Shown here piece by piece: positions 51,879 to 64,000 of a DNA stretch of 64,000 bases. Position numbers and translations under genes: made by a program. Under the pieces are notes generated by a model. It made no database searches, had not been told where the DNA came from, and saw only the letters and a list, made by a program, of their open reading frames with translations. Position 1 is the first letter of the stretch. The number at the start of each line of letters is the position of its first letter. The stretch lies in contig NC_058368.1 in NCBI RefSeq assembly GCF_018350175.1, positions 1,550,001 through 1,614,000 on the forward strand. Reading direction: 5' to 3'. Source of the stretch: Felis catus. Its lineage: Eukaryota.

Positions 51879-52535
51879 TTGGTGGGAATGCAAGCTGGTG
51901 CAGCCACTCTGGAAAACAGGATGGAGATTCCTCAAAAAACTAAAAATAGAACTACCCTAGGACCAGCAATTGCACTACTAGGCATTTATCCACGGGATAC
52001 AGGTGTGCTGTTTCGAAGGGACACAGGAACCCCCATGTTTATAGCAGCACTATCAACAGTAGCCATAGTATGGAAAGAGCCCAAATGTCCATCAACAGAT
52101 GAATGGATAAAGAAGATGTGATATCAGATATATATGCCATGGAGTATTACTCGGCAATCAAAAAGAATGAGATCTTGCCATTTGCAACTACGTGGATGGA
52201 ACTAGAGGGTATTATGCTAAGTGAAATTAGTCAGAGAAAGACAAATACCATATGACTTCACTCATATGAGGACTTTAAGAGACAAAACAGATGAACATAA
52301 GGGAAGGGAAACAAAAGTAATATAAAAACAGGGAGGGGGACAAAGCATAAGAGACTCATAAATATGGAGAACAAACTGAGGGTTACTGGAGGGGGTGTGG
52401 GAGGGGGGATGGGCTAAATGGGTAAGGGGCACTATGGAATCTACTCCTGAAATCATTGTTGCACTATATGCTAACTAATTTGGATGTAAATTAAAAAATA
52501 AATTAAAAAAATAAAAGACAAAAAAAGAAAAAAGA
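51879..52535 (+). mobile_element. 5'-truncated L1 3' end
   Basis: ORF2 C-terminus (TPMFIAALST...KCPSTDEWIKKM), 3'UTR of the same type as 36240-36590, poly(A). Confidence 0.92.
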
Positions 52536-53227
52536 AACCGAGGGCAAAAAGGTACCTAAAAGTAGAGCCTGATCAAACTTGAAATATGTATATTTTTATA
52601 TATTTGAAAAATATATATTCTAATTTTCTTGTAATCCTTTTTTGATCCATGGAGTACTTAGAAGTATGTCAATTAATTTCCAATATTTGAGGATTTTCTA
52701 GATCCCTTATTGTTATGGACTTCTAATTTAATTCCATCGTGTTAAGAGAACACTCTATATGGCTTCTATATGGCTTCAAACCTTATAAATTTATTATGGC
52801 TTGTTATATGCCAAGAATATTGTCTATATTAGTAAACATGCCACGTGCACTTGTAAAGAATGTTTATTCTTCAGTTTTAGGGTGTAATGTATAAATATCA
52901 ACATCAAGATAGTTGGTAATGTTTTTAGATTTTCTATGACTTTATTGATCTTTGGACTAATATCAATTAAAGAGAGGTTTTTAAGTGTCAAAAAAAAAAG
53001 TAAATATTTGGATCATCTTTTCTGTATTCTAAAACAACCCAAAAACTCCTATCAATGGTGGAAAACTAGGATACTTCCAGAAGATAGCCTCAGATCCTAA
53101 GGATTGACTTTGAGATAGACACAGGTGCAAACCTCCTTGATCACAGAATGCTTGAAGGAAAAAGAAGTGCCTGCCGCAGCCCCAGTCCTCCAGTCTAAAG
53201 GAAGCAGAGATAGAAAAGGCCAGATCA

Positions 53228-53449
53228 GGGGCGCCTGGGTGGCGCAGTCGGTTAAGCGTCCGACTTCAGCCAGGTCACGATCTCGCGGTCCGTGAGTTCG
53301 AGCCCCGCATCGGGCTCTGGGCTGATGGCTCAGAGCCTGGAGCCTGTTTCCGATTCTATGTCTCCCTCTCTCTCTGCCCCTCGCCCGTTCATGCTCTGTC
53401 TCTCTCTGTCCCAAAAATAAATAAACGTTGAAAAAAAAAATTTTAAAAA
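53228..53449 (+). mobile_element. Young felid CanSINE (SINEC_Fc type)
   Basis: CpGs intact; perfect 16-bp TSD agaaaaggccagatca at 53212-53227 and 53450-53465. Confidence 0.95.
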
Positions 53450-54682
53450 AGAAAAGGCCAGATCAAAGTGTCAAGACCTTGTACACATGATGCAGGCCTT
53501 GAACGGGGGTCTAGGCTGCCTCCCCACTTCAGGACAGTCAGGGCCGGGTCCTGGCAGCTGAAAGTCATTAAACTCACACAAATCAGCACACCTGGAAATG
53601 AAGCCAAGACGAGAATCCAAGCCCAAGATGAGAATCCAAAGAAATGAGTTAACAGCCATCTACTACTGTACCCTCCAAGAAGTTGTGGGGAAGGATAGGG
53701 GCCTCGGCCTAGGGACTAGACACATTTCACTGCACAAAACAGGGGAGACCCCGGTGAGATGAACTGTTACTGAAGCCAATTGGCCTGGCTGCGTCCGATT
53801 AACTGATGGAGTCTGCAGCCTGTAAATACCTACTTCTGTGAATAATTTGCGTAGGTAAAAAGGGACATCAAGGAGGCTTGTGAAAGGGAGCCTGAGGTAG
53901 GAATGGGGGCATGAAGGACTCGGCCTGGTGACCCTTCTTTTACCATCTGTCTGGATCTTGGCAAGAAAGGACGCAGGCAGGCAGAAGCTGACGGGACTGT
54001 GTTTGTAAGGACTCCGTGGGGCGGAGGGCTACATGCAGGTGTCCTTTGGTGCCCACTGGCAAAGCTGGAGAACAAGAGGTCTGGGGAAAGGAACGTGCCT
54101 CCCAGTTGGTGTGGAAGATGCAAAACTCCATGAAGACTGGATAATCAAGCAGGCTTCTGGGGGATCATAAACACTTTGATATTGGGTGAATCTAACTCAC
54201 AAACTTGTTATTGTTGTTGTTTGACCTGTAGATTTTTCTTTAATTGTGAATCTGAATGCTTCTGGAGACAGATCCACGTCTCCGTTATCAACATTGTCAA
54301 GCTAGTGGTCACTGGCAGGAATGGCCAGCGAGGGGCTCTGAGACATCAGGAGGGGCCTCACGAGAGAACCCATGTGTATTAGGTAGGCAAGGGCAAGTGC
54401 CAGTGAAATTTGAGTCCTTCCTATCTACATAATCCCATTGTACCCACAGTTCCAGGAAGCTTGCATTACGAGAATTCACATTAGTGTTGTTCTCCTAGTG
54501 CATGGAGTAATTTCGCTTCATTGTCTCACTCGATCCTCACAATCTTTTAATTGTTGTTTTCTTCATCTGTAAGATGAGAAAACAGGAGGTTCTAAGAGGC
54601 AAGTTCAGCAACTTTCATTTATTTAACCTCGTTCGTTAAATACTTACTGAGCACATCCTACGTGCCAGTCACTATTGTGACT

Positions 54683-54880
54683 CAGTACTGTCCAGCAGAA
54701 CTTTCTGTAGCGGTAGAAATGTTCAATATCTTCACTGTCCAATATGGTAGTCACTAGTCACACAAGGACACTTGGCTAATGTGGCTGAGGAAATCTATAT
54801 TTTATTTAATTTTGGTTCATTCTAACTTACATTAAATAGCCACAGGTAGTTGGTGGTTACTGTATTAGGTCAGTTCTATG
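54683..54880. mobile_element. MER3-like MITE amid MIR/L2 fragments
   Basis: ctgtccagcagaactttctg...tgtccaatatggtagtcactag...ttaaatagccaca. Confidence 0.7.
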
Positions 54881-55677
54881 GTATTGGAGGCAATGGTGAA
54901 CAAGACAGATAAGGACCCCCAAAATTATCCAAATTATCCAAAATTTCTTCTTCTTTTACAAAGCCAGTGCCCACTTCCTTTTGAAGCTATGACTGCTTCC
55001 CCCTGTGAGGGATGACTGCTCTTTTCTCTGAGCAAACTGAGCTTACTGTGAGCATTACAGTAACTTTTAGTCATTCATTCACTCTGTTTTTTATTGTACA
55101 ATCCACTGTGTTAAGTGATGCTTAATGTTTAGTCTTCTGCTAAATTGTAAGCTTCTTCAGGTTAAGGACTATGCCCCAGTTTTCCTTACTAAGCACTTAA
55201 TAGGTATACTCTTTAATTATGCTTCTAAAAGCTCTCTTCTGCCTATTTCCAAAAGCAAGAGAAAAAACATATCATTTGCCCCATTTTCTTTCCTGTTCTT
55301 TTTTAGGGGTACCTGGGTGATCTCACAATTCACGATAAAACTGCTCCACAAGAAATAGGGGTTTCGTGATCATTCACTGTTACCCAAAAAGACCATAGTT
55401 CTGAATGACAGCAAAAAGATTTAAACACACTGCAAAGTGAATCAGGAACTTTTTTTCCTGTGCTGCCTTTTCCTCCTTAATATCACAATAGTTTTGATTC
55501 ATTTTCTTTTGCAGAACCAAAGACTAAAGACTGTATATGTTGGGGACACTTTTGGGGAGACAGATGTTCCTCAAAATGGAAGAGTTCCTATTTATTTACA
55601 TTAATCATATGTGTACCCACACTCCCAGGAGATGTATATTATTTATACTATATATCTCATATAATATATTGATACTA

Positions 55678-56110
55678 TTTTTTAATGTTTATTTATTTTG
55701 AGAGAGAGAGCATGAGCAGGAGACGGGTAGAGAGAGGTAGAGAGAGAGAAATTTCAAGCAGGCTCCATGCTATCACCACAGAGCCCAATGTGGGGTTTGA
55801 TGTCACCAACCATGAGATCATGACCTGAGCCAAAAATCAAGAGTCAGATGCCTAACCGACTGAGTCACCCAGGTGTCCCATCTTGATATTATTTTTTTTT
55901 AAATATTTTTAACGTGTATTTATTTTTGAGACAGAGACAGAGCATGAACGGGGGAGGAGCAGAGAGAGTGGGAGACACAGAATCGGAAGCAGGCTCCAGG
56001 CTCTGAGCCATCAGCCCAGAGCCCGACGCGGGGCTCGAACTCACGAACCGCGAGATCGTGACCTGAGCTGAAGTCGGGCACTTAACCGACTGAGCCACCC
56101 AGGCGCCCCC
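55678..56110 (-). mobile_element. Two tandem CanSINEs
   Basis: TSD catcttgatattatt at 55879-55893 and 56110-56124. Confidence 0.9.
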
Positions 56111-57334
56111 ATCTTGATATTATTATTTTAACAAGGAGTCAGCATTTTGGAAGCTGGAACTTCAGTACCTAACATTGATAATTCTTTTTCCTTTTCTTTA
56201 CCTGTTAAACTGCACTGGTTCACTTTCACTAATAACAGAGATTTGATTTTATACAGGACCGAGAGCAAGTGATAATCAAAGTCATGCCTTTGTATGCATT
56301 TTCAACAAACACTTCTTCCTCAAGACACTTATATTTCCCATCTGCTGAAAATAATCATACTGTATTGATTTTGAGATAAGATACTTTACTGCCATCTTCT
56401 GGAAAATTGTTCTTATCATTGTTATACATACCAAATCTATGATATCCATAATGTAAATAACACTTCCTTAGATGTGTCTCCCTTGTGCAACGCACAACCT
56501 ATACAACCATATGTGGCAGAGGTTGTGATGAGAATAATATTGTCTAAGGAGATTCATGTACTTGAATATAATTGTGTCCTAATAGATTGTAGCTCCTTGT
56601 CAGAAACTAAGGATTTCATCACTGTTATAATTAAATGTGGCTTCTCTCCAAATGATTTCTGAACTCACTCAGAGAAGATGTCACTCATGGACTTTATCTT
56701 TGTCTAGCCTTAGGATTCTGGAGTGGTAGGAAGCAGAACAAGAGAATGGGTGGTGGAGATCCTTGATTTGAAAAGCATGCCAAGCACAAGAGCTTAAATC
56801 AACAAGCATGCAGCCTTAAGCAAACAGGACAATTAAGATCTCCACCCCAAGTGACCCTTGATTTTCTTTGTTGGGGCCTCAGGGTCAAAGTCGTTAGGGA
56901 TAGAGCCACATTTACATGAAAAAGAAAGATTCTCTTGGCCTCTTGGCACAGTTCAGCAATTTTATATACAAGCCACCTCGGAAAGACAAAACCTCCCATC
57001 TTTCTAAGCCACTCTCACTTTCCGGTAGCATTAAACTCACCCAAACACAAACCAAAGGAATGGGAAGACTAACAATGTGTCAGTGAAGGGACCTCTAGTT
57101 CCTCCTAAGGAGAGTTTTGCAGAGCACGTGTCAATGAAACAAATTCGTTCCTCAGTGTTCTGTATTGTGTATGTATTATATATTGTATATCTGTATAGAT
57201 AGAAGAGTTTAGAAAACACTAGCAGGTCACTAATGTTCTTTGGACCATGCTTGGGGCTCACGAGCAAATAGAGTTTATTCAAAATTATTTGTAAATGGTG
57301 CAATCAGGTGATTTTAATATTCTCTCCACCCTCC

Positions 57335-58050
57335 CAGTGCTGTCTAATAGAACTTCCTGTGATGCTGGAATCGTCTCCCTGTGTCCTCTCCAACACAGCA
57401 GTCACTAGCCGTGTCTGGCTGTTGAGTACTCGAAGGGTGGTTAGTGAGACTAAGGAACTGCATTTTCGTTTTTATTTTATTTTTATTTTTATTTTTTTTC
57501 AACGTTTATTTATTTTTGGGACAGAGAGAGACAGAGCATGAACGGGGGAGGGGCAGAGAGAGGGAGACACAGAATCGGAAACAGGCTCCAGGCTCTGAGC
57601 CATCAGCCCAGAGCCCGACATGGGGCTCGAACTCCCAGACCGCGAGATCGTGACCTGGCTGAAGTCGGACGCTTAACTGACTGCGCCACCCAGGCGCCTC
57701 TCGTTTTTATTTTTTAAATGTGTATTTATTTATTTTGAGAGAGTGAGAGAGCTTGTGTGCACGAGAGCAAGCACGACTGGGGGAGGGCCAGAGAGACGGA
57801 GAGAATCCCAAGCAGGCTCTGCCCTGTCAGCACAGAGCCCAATGTGGGGCTGGATCTCATGGACTGTAAGATCATGACCTGAGCTGAAATCAAGAGTCGG
57901 ATGCTTAACCGACTGAGCCACCCAGGCACCCCTGAATTTTCATTTTGATTTTATTTTGATTATTTTTTTCAGGTTTTTTTTTCATTTTAGTTTAAATTTC
58001 ATCTTAAATAGTCACGTGTGGCTAATTGTTGCCCTACTAGACAGTGCAGC
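57335..58050. mobile_element. MER3-like MITE carrying two minus-strand CanSINEs (~57480-57700, ~57705-57932)
   Basis: gctgtctaatagaacttcctg start; aaatagtcacgtgtggcta...tagacagtgcag end. Confidence 0.75.
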
Positions 58051-58280
58051 TTATACATCATCTTCCTTCTGCCAGAAATGCTTTATTTCTGGCTTATCCG
58101 TTTGTGAAACCCCTATGAATGAATGAATGAATGAACATGTTATAAGTAGATACCATATATAGCAGATGCAGATCAATGAAAATATATGATGCTGACAAGA
58201 TAATGCACTTAGTTTCACTGTTTCGTGTCATCAAATATCTGTGTAAAATATTCTAAAAGTTTGGTTACTTGAGTGTTCCT

Positions 58281-58281
<1 letters not shown>

Positions 58282-58321
<40 letters not shown>
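58282..58321. repeat. (GT)n microsatellite
   Basis: Direct reading of the sequence. Confidence 0.95.
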
Positions 58322-58323
<2 letters not shown>

Positions 58324-59482
58324 TTCTGGATGATGAATGACTAGGAGTTTACTTTGGATTGCATGAGGGTTATCGGGTTTTTTCAAAACATATTCCAGCC
58401 TTCACTGATCCTACTTTTGAGTTGAAAAGCTAGATTCACATCTGTTATTATGAAACTGATTGGATTACTGATCCAAGCAAGTAGGAAAACTTGACATGTT
58501 ATACTAGGAAATCAGGCTTTTTGTAAGCAAGTTCTGAAAGCAGAGAAAGGAAAGCCAAAGTGATGGAAATTTACTTTGCACATATCCTGCACAAATGGCC
58601 CTTTTAGAAGTCGGCTTTCGTGGGGCACGAAAGCCACGGCTGTAACAACAGTGCAGTGTCTGGGGCTCATGAAAGGGCAGGAGTGTGCTGGTTTCTAAAG
58701 AAACCCTTCCATTTGGCCCCCCTTCGCTCCGGGCACAGGCAAGACTACGTAGGCAGCAGAGTGGACTTCGGGTCACCTTTTACTAGTTTCCATCCGTAAA
58801 AGTTCTTTCAGTGTTTCTGACAGTATTTTTCCACTTCTTCTCTTTCTCAGCCCCACTCCCCTGTTTAATCAGTAATCACCTGTAACACTGAATACAGATT
58901 TATTACCCTAAATCTAGGGCGCTCTACTGGTTCTTGAAAGTGAGAGGTCTGTATAAAGGGGAATTTTACTTTTGAACCCGAAGAAAGATATAGGTTAATA
59001 CTTAAGAAGTTCTTCTAAACAATAGTGAAAATTCCTTTCAAAGTGAACGTCGGTCCAACTAGCTGGCAATAGCAAGCTGAAATAGAGTCATCCTTGTGAC
59101 ATGTGAAAAGAAGTCGGATAAGATCGGAGCCCAGAAGCAGTTAGTGCCAGGAGAGGCCAAGGCCGGCTCCTCCTTTTACAAGGGACAAGATGCAGTCCTA
59201 GAGAAGAAAGGGACTTGCCCAGAGTTACACAGCAGCTCCGCAGCAGTGCTGGAAGCAGAAGCCAGGATCCCTAACTCAGGCGGGTAAGCTTTCTATGGCC
59301 AACATGTCTCCACTGTTCTCACCAAAGAACCCCCATGGCAGAGAATGAAGACGCTTCCTTGGGTCAGAGAAGACACCTCCTCCAAACTTAATGTCTCATT
59401 GGAGTGCTTTCTTAAGAAAGTATAATCATTTACATTCTGTTTTACAATATATCCATACTTGCGTTAATATAAAATAATATTT

Positions 59483-62400
59483 GAGGTTCTGGTTCAAGAT
59501 GGCGATGTAGGAACATCCCGAATTTACCTCCTCTCACGGACATACTGGATCTACAGCTACGTGTGGAACCATTTCCACCGAAAAAAACCTAAAAACCGAT
59601 GGAGTGACCCCTTCACATCAGGCAAACGCGACAGAAACCACATCGAAGTGGATAGGAAGGCTCAGAGACTTCTGTGCCATCAATCCTTCCCCTGTGTAGC
59701 TACCCACAATCGGGAGGGAACTCCCCTGAGGAGTGATGGGTTTTCACCCACACTGGGCACCCTGACTTTTAAAACCAGCACCTTAGAGATGAATCCCCAA
59801 AGCATCTGGCCTTGAAGACAAATGAGGCCTTTGCCCAGGAGATCCACAGGCCTGTGGGAACTGAGGAACAGCCCTTAAAGGCCCACCCACAGACTTACCC
59901 GTCCCCAGGCCCAACACAGAAGCAGCCCTTTGAAAAGTGCCCAGACTCCATGTGAAAGAGACCTATTTCTTCATTGTAAAGCATTGGCCTGCAGAGCAGA
60001 GGCCTGCTGGATACTCTCCAGGGCCAGACGCTGGTGAGCACCACCTTGCACATTCTCTCTCTGCTTTGAGACAGCCGGGAGGCGCCTTTAATCTTCTTTT
60101 TCCTCCTTCTTCTTTTTCTTTTCCTTTCTTCCCCCTTTTCTAACTCACATGTGGAGACTCCGTTTTTGCAGCCGCCACCCAGGGGACACCCGTCGATCTG
60201 CCTGGCTCTGGAGGCCAAGGGGGCCTTGCGTTCATCGGTCCCATGGGACTGTAACAATTACAGAGACACTTCATGGCAGACTACCGCTCACAGGGCACTG
60301 CACAGATAACAGAACCACACCAGTCTTTCTGAGAAAGAGGCCTATTTGCTCATCCAGGAGCTCTGGCCCGCAGGGCAAGCTTTTGGGTTGGTGCACTTAC
60401 AGGGGCCTACAGAGGGCCTCTCAGGGATCAGAGGCCAGTGGACACAATCTTTGCACTCTCCTTCGGCCTCTTTTCAGTTCACTGGCATTCCAGAAAGGAG
60501 CCTATACCTTTGACTAGTGCCCTGATTTTTATGGCTGCTGCCAGGGGACATCTCTGTATCACACAGGATCCAAGTTTATGCTCTCAGGTTCCATGGGACT
60601 TCAGCCAATGGAGAAAGAGCTTTTAAACAGCAAGAAACAGCAGACCCAGGAGCTCAGGCCTTCTGTGAAAGTAGCCTGGGGCGCCTGGGTGGCTGTGTGG
60701 GTTAAGCATCTGACTTTGACTCAGGTCATGATCTCATGGTTCATGAATTTGAGCCTCGCATTGTGCTCTGGGCTGACAACTCAGAGTCTGGAGCCTGCTT
60801 CGGATTCTGTGTCTCCCTTTCTCTGCCCCTCTCCTGCTCATGCTCCCCCCCCCCCCATCTCTCTCTCTCTTTCTCTCTCTCTCTCAAAAATAAACATTAA
60901 AAAAGGAAAGTAGCCTTCTAGCTGAGGCACAGGCTTCTAGTTAAACACACATTTAAGGGCTGTCTAACTTTTCTTGAGACCCTAGAAAGTGGGCACATTC
61001 TTCCTATTCTCCCTTTGTCGTAACCAGAGCACCAGCAACTCTTAGAGGGAAACTCATACGTGGCCGCTATCTGGTGCCTCAATATTTAAGGCTGCTGCCC
61101 CAGGGATACCCCTGGATTGCCTGGATCTGGTGACACGAAGGCTTTCCATTCCTGGGTCCCAAGGGACTATAACAATCAGAGACACTGTTCTTGGCAGGCT
61201 GGCCACAGGAAGCTGAATGAACAGCAGATTGAAACATACCCCAAGCTTTCTGTGAAAAAGAAACTGCTTGCTAGTCATGGGGCCTGAAGTTAGGGGCAGG
61301 CTTCCTGTTTGGCACACATCTAGAGACTAGGGCGTTGCTCCTGGGGGACACAGGCCAGGGGACATCATCTTTATATTCTCCCTCTGTCCCACTATAGCTC
61401 ATTGCTATCTCCCAGAAGGAGCTTGTCCATTCATCCAGAGTCCCGATTATTGTGACTGCCACCCAGGAGACACCCCCCAGATCATCTGGCTCTGAAAACC
61501 AGTCAGGTTTATGCTTGCAGTCCCACAGGACTGTATATATTTGCATTCTTTAAAAGCTGCTGCCTGAGTGTCTGGCTTCCAATCAGCCTGAATCCAGGTT
61601 ACCTATTGAGACCTCCCCACCTTGAGGACACTGACTGGTCTTGGCACACCCTCAAATACTGGGCTGTTAAGAATATAATGGGTTTCTTGGAAAATCATGA
61701 AGGTTTGAGAGACAACCAAGATCAAACAGAGCAGGGTTGAACAATAACTTGTAGCTCCTACACAAAGCCTACCTTTCAAGATGGAAAGAGTGGCTGTTTC
61801 AACTAATTGATTGAAACCAACACAGAAGGTCAAGCAAAATGAAGACACAGGAATATGTTCCAAAGGAAGAAAAAGATAAAATGTCAGAACAAAAGCATTA
61901 ATGAAACAGAGATAAGTAATACCTGATAAAAAGTTCAAAATAATGTCCATAAAGATGCTCATTGAACCTGGGAGAACGAATGAACACAGTGAGAACTTCA
62001 TATTGAAGAAATAGAAAATATAATAAAGTTCCAAACAGAAGTCACAGGACGGAAGAATACAGTAGCTGAACTGAAAAAAATACCCTAGAGGGGTTCAACA
62101 GTAGACTAGGTGAAGCAGAAGAAAGGATCAGTGAACTCAAAGACAAGGCAGGGGAACTTACCCAATCAGAGGAGCAAAAAGAAAACAAAACAAAAAAAGG
62201 ATGAACAAAGAGTAAAGATAGTGTAAGGGACTCATGAGACAACACCAAGCAGGCTGCATTCCTATACATTAGAGGAATTCCAGAAGGAGAATAGAGAGGA
62301 AGGGGAAGAAAACTGAAGAAATAATGGTTGAAAACTTCCTTACCTGAGGAAAGAAATGGACATTTAGATTCAGAAAGCCCAAAGAGTTCTAAATAAGAGG

Positions 62401-62530
62401 AATCCAAAGAGACACACACCAAGACAAAATACAATTAAAATGCTAAAAGTTAAAGACAAGGAGAGAATCTTGAAAGTAGCAAGAGAAAAACTTGTTACAT
62501 ACAAGTGAGCCCCCATAAGAATATCATCAA
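59483..62530 (+). mobile_element. Old L1 5' half: 5' end, ~2.3-kb repetitive 5'UTR (SINE at ~60678-60910), decayed ORF1
   Basis: Starts gaggttctggttcaagatggcg (YY1-type motif); ORF1 resembles the copy at 38.1-39.0 kb. Confidence 0.85.
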
Positions 62531-62532
62531 AT

Positions 62533-64000
62533 TTACATTGAAAACTAAAGAAAGCTTATGAAAAAAATTGAAGAAGTCACAAAAAAATGGAAGAATATTC
62601 CATGCTCCTGGATACGAAGAACAAATATTGTTAAAATGTCAATACTACCCAAAGCAATCTACATATTCAATGCAATACCTATCAAAATAGCACCAGCATT
62701 CTTCACAGAGCTAGAACAAACAATCCTAACATTTGTATGGAACCAGAAAAGACCCAAATAGCCAAAGCAATCTTGAAAAAGAAAACCAAAGTTGGAGACA
62801 TCACAACTCCAGACTTCAAGCTGTATTACAAAGCTGTAATCATCAAGACAGTATGGTATAAAAACAGACACATCAATGGAACAGAATAGAGAACCCAGAA
62901 ATGGACCCACAAACGTATGGCCAACTAATCTTTGACAAAGCAGGAAAGAATATCCAATGGAATAAAGACAGTCTCTTCAGCAAGTGGTGCTGGGAAAACT
63001 GGACAGCAACATGCAGAAGAATGAACCTGGACCACTTTCTTACACCATGCACAAAACTAAACTCAAAATGGATGAAAGGCCTAAATGTAAGACAGGAAGC
63101 CATCAAAATCCTCAAGGTGAAAGCAGGCAAAAACCTCTTTGACCTGGGCCACAGCAACTTCTCACTCGACACATCTCCAGAGGCAAGGGAAACAAGAGCA
63201 AAAATAAAAAATTGGGACCTCATCAAAATAAGCTTCTGCACAGGGAAGGAAACAATCAGCAAACCTAAAGACAACTGACAGAATGGGAGAAGATATTTGC
63301 AAACGACATAACAGATAAAGGGCTAGTATCCAAAATGTATAAAGAACTTCTATAAAGAACAGATGAAGGGCTAGTATCCAAAATTTATAAAGAACACCGA
63401 AAAACAAAAAATCCAGTGAAGAAACGGGCAAAAGACATGAATAGATACTCCTCCAAAGAAGATATCCAGATGGCCAACCAAAACATGAAAAAATGCTCCA
63501 CATCACTCATCATCAGGGAAATACAAATCAAAACCACAATGAGATACCACCTCACACCTGTCAGAATGGCTAACATTAACAACTTAGGCAATAGCAGATG
63601 ATGGCGAGGATGCGGAGAAAGAGGATCTCTTTTGCATTGTTGGCAGGAACGCAAGCTGGTGCAGCCACTCTGGAAAACAGTATGGAGGTTCCTCAAAAAA
63701 CTAAAAATAGAACTAACCTATGACCCAGCAATTGCACTACTAGGTATTTATCCAAGGGATACAGGTGTGCTGTTTCAAAGGGACACAGGAACCCCCATGT
63801 TTATAGCAGCACTATCAACAGTAGCCAAAGTATGGAAAGAGCCCAAATGTCCATCAACAGATGAATGGATAAAGAAGATGTGATATCAGATATATATGCC
63901 ATGGAGTATTACTCGGCAATCAAAAAGAATGAAATCTTGCCATTTGCAACTATGTGGATGGAACTGGAGGGTATTATGCTAAGCGAAATTAGTCAGAGAA
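62533..64000 (+). mobile_element. 5'-truncated younger L1 ORF2 3' part, running off the window edge
   Basis: [40 protein letters not shown]; abrupt junction with the old ORF1; internal duplication at ~63310-63395. Confidence 0.92.

Noticed and set aside
53228..53310. tRNA-like A/B boxes as tRNA genes (here and in all similar heads)
   Set aside because: These are tRNA-derived CanSINE heads followed by a CT tract, poly(A) and TSDs; the recurrent MAQSVK... ORFs are SINE translations.
46200..64000. Exons or promoter of the upstream neighbour (IFT88 in human synteny)
   Set aside because: No further CpG island or recognisable coding exon; the region is mostly repeats.

Overview
Mammalian genomic DNA, almost certainly felid given the feliform CanSINEs and cat-type L1 3' ends. 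The only protein-coding gene I can support is the 5' half of CRYL1 (lambda-crystallin / L-gulonate 3-dehydrogenase) on the minus strand. It has a CpG-island promoter at ~45.3-46.1 kb and coding exons 1 (45635-45675), 2 (26912-27019) and 3 (10954-11080), with GT-AG boundaries and matching phases. They encode [92 protein letters not shown]; later exons lie beyond the left edge. The rest is intronic or upstream sequence dominated by decayed L1s (nearly all + strand, antisense to CRYL1), roughly 40 CanSINEs, LTR remnants, hAT/Tigger MITEs and microsatellites. I found no intact new gene or system. Best leads: (1) a three-unit CanSINE multimer with a repeated foreign linker inside a single target-site duplication (TSD); (2) a second CpG island in intron 1; (3) a ~155-bp near-identical tract shared by two L1s 11.8 kb apart; (4) a nested L1/L1/solo-LTR/SINE stack; (5) candidate cryptic splice sites at exons 2 and 3. 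Repeat family names come from visual recognition, not a database search, and repeat boundaries are approximate unless a TSD is quoted.
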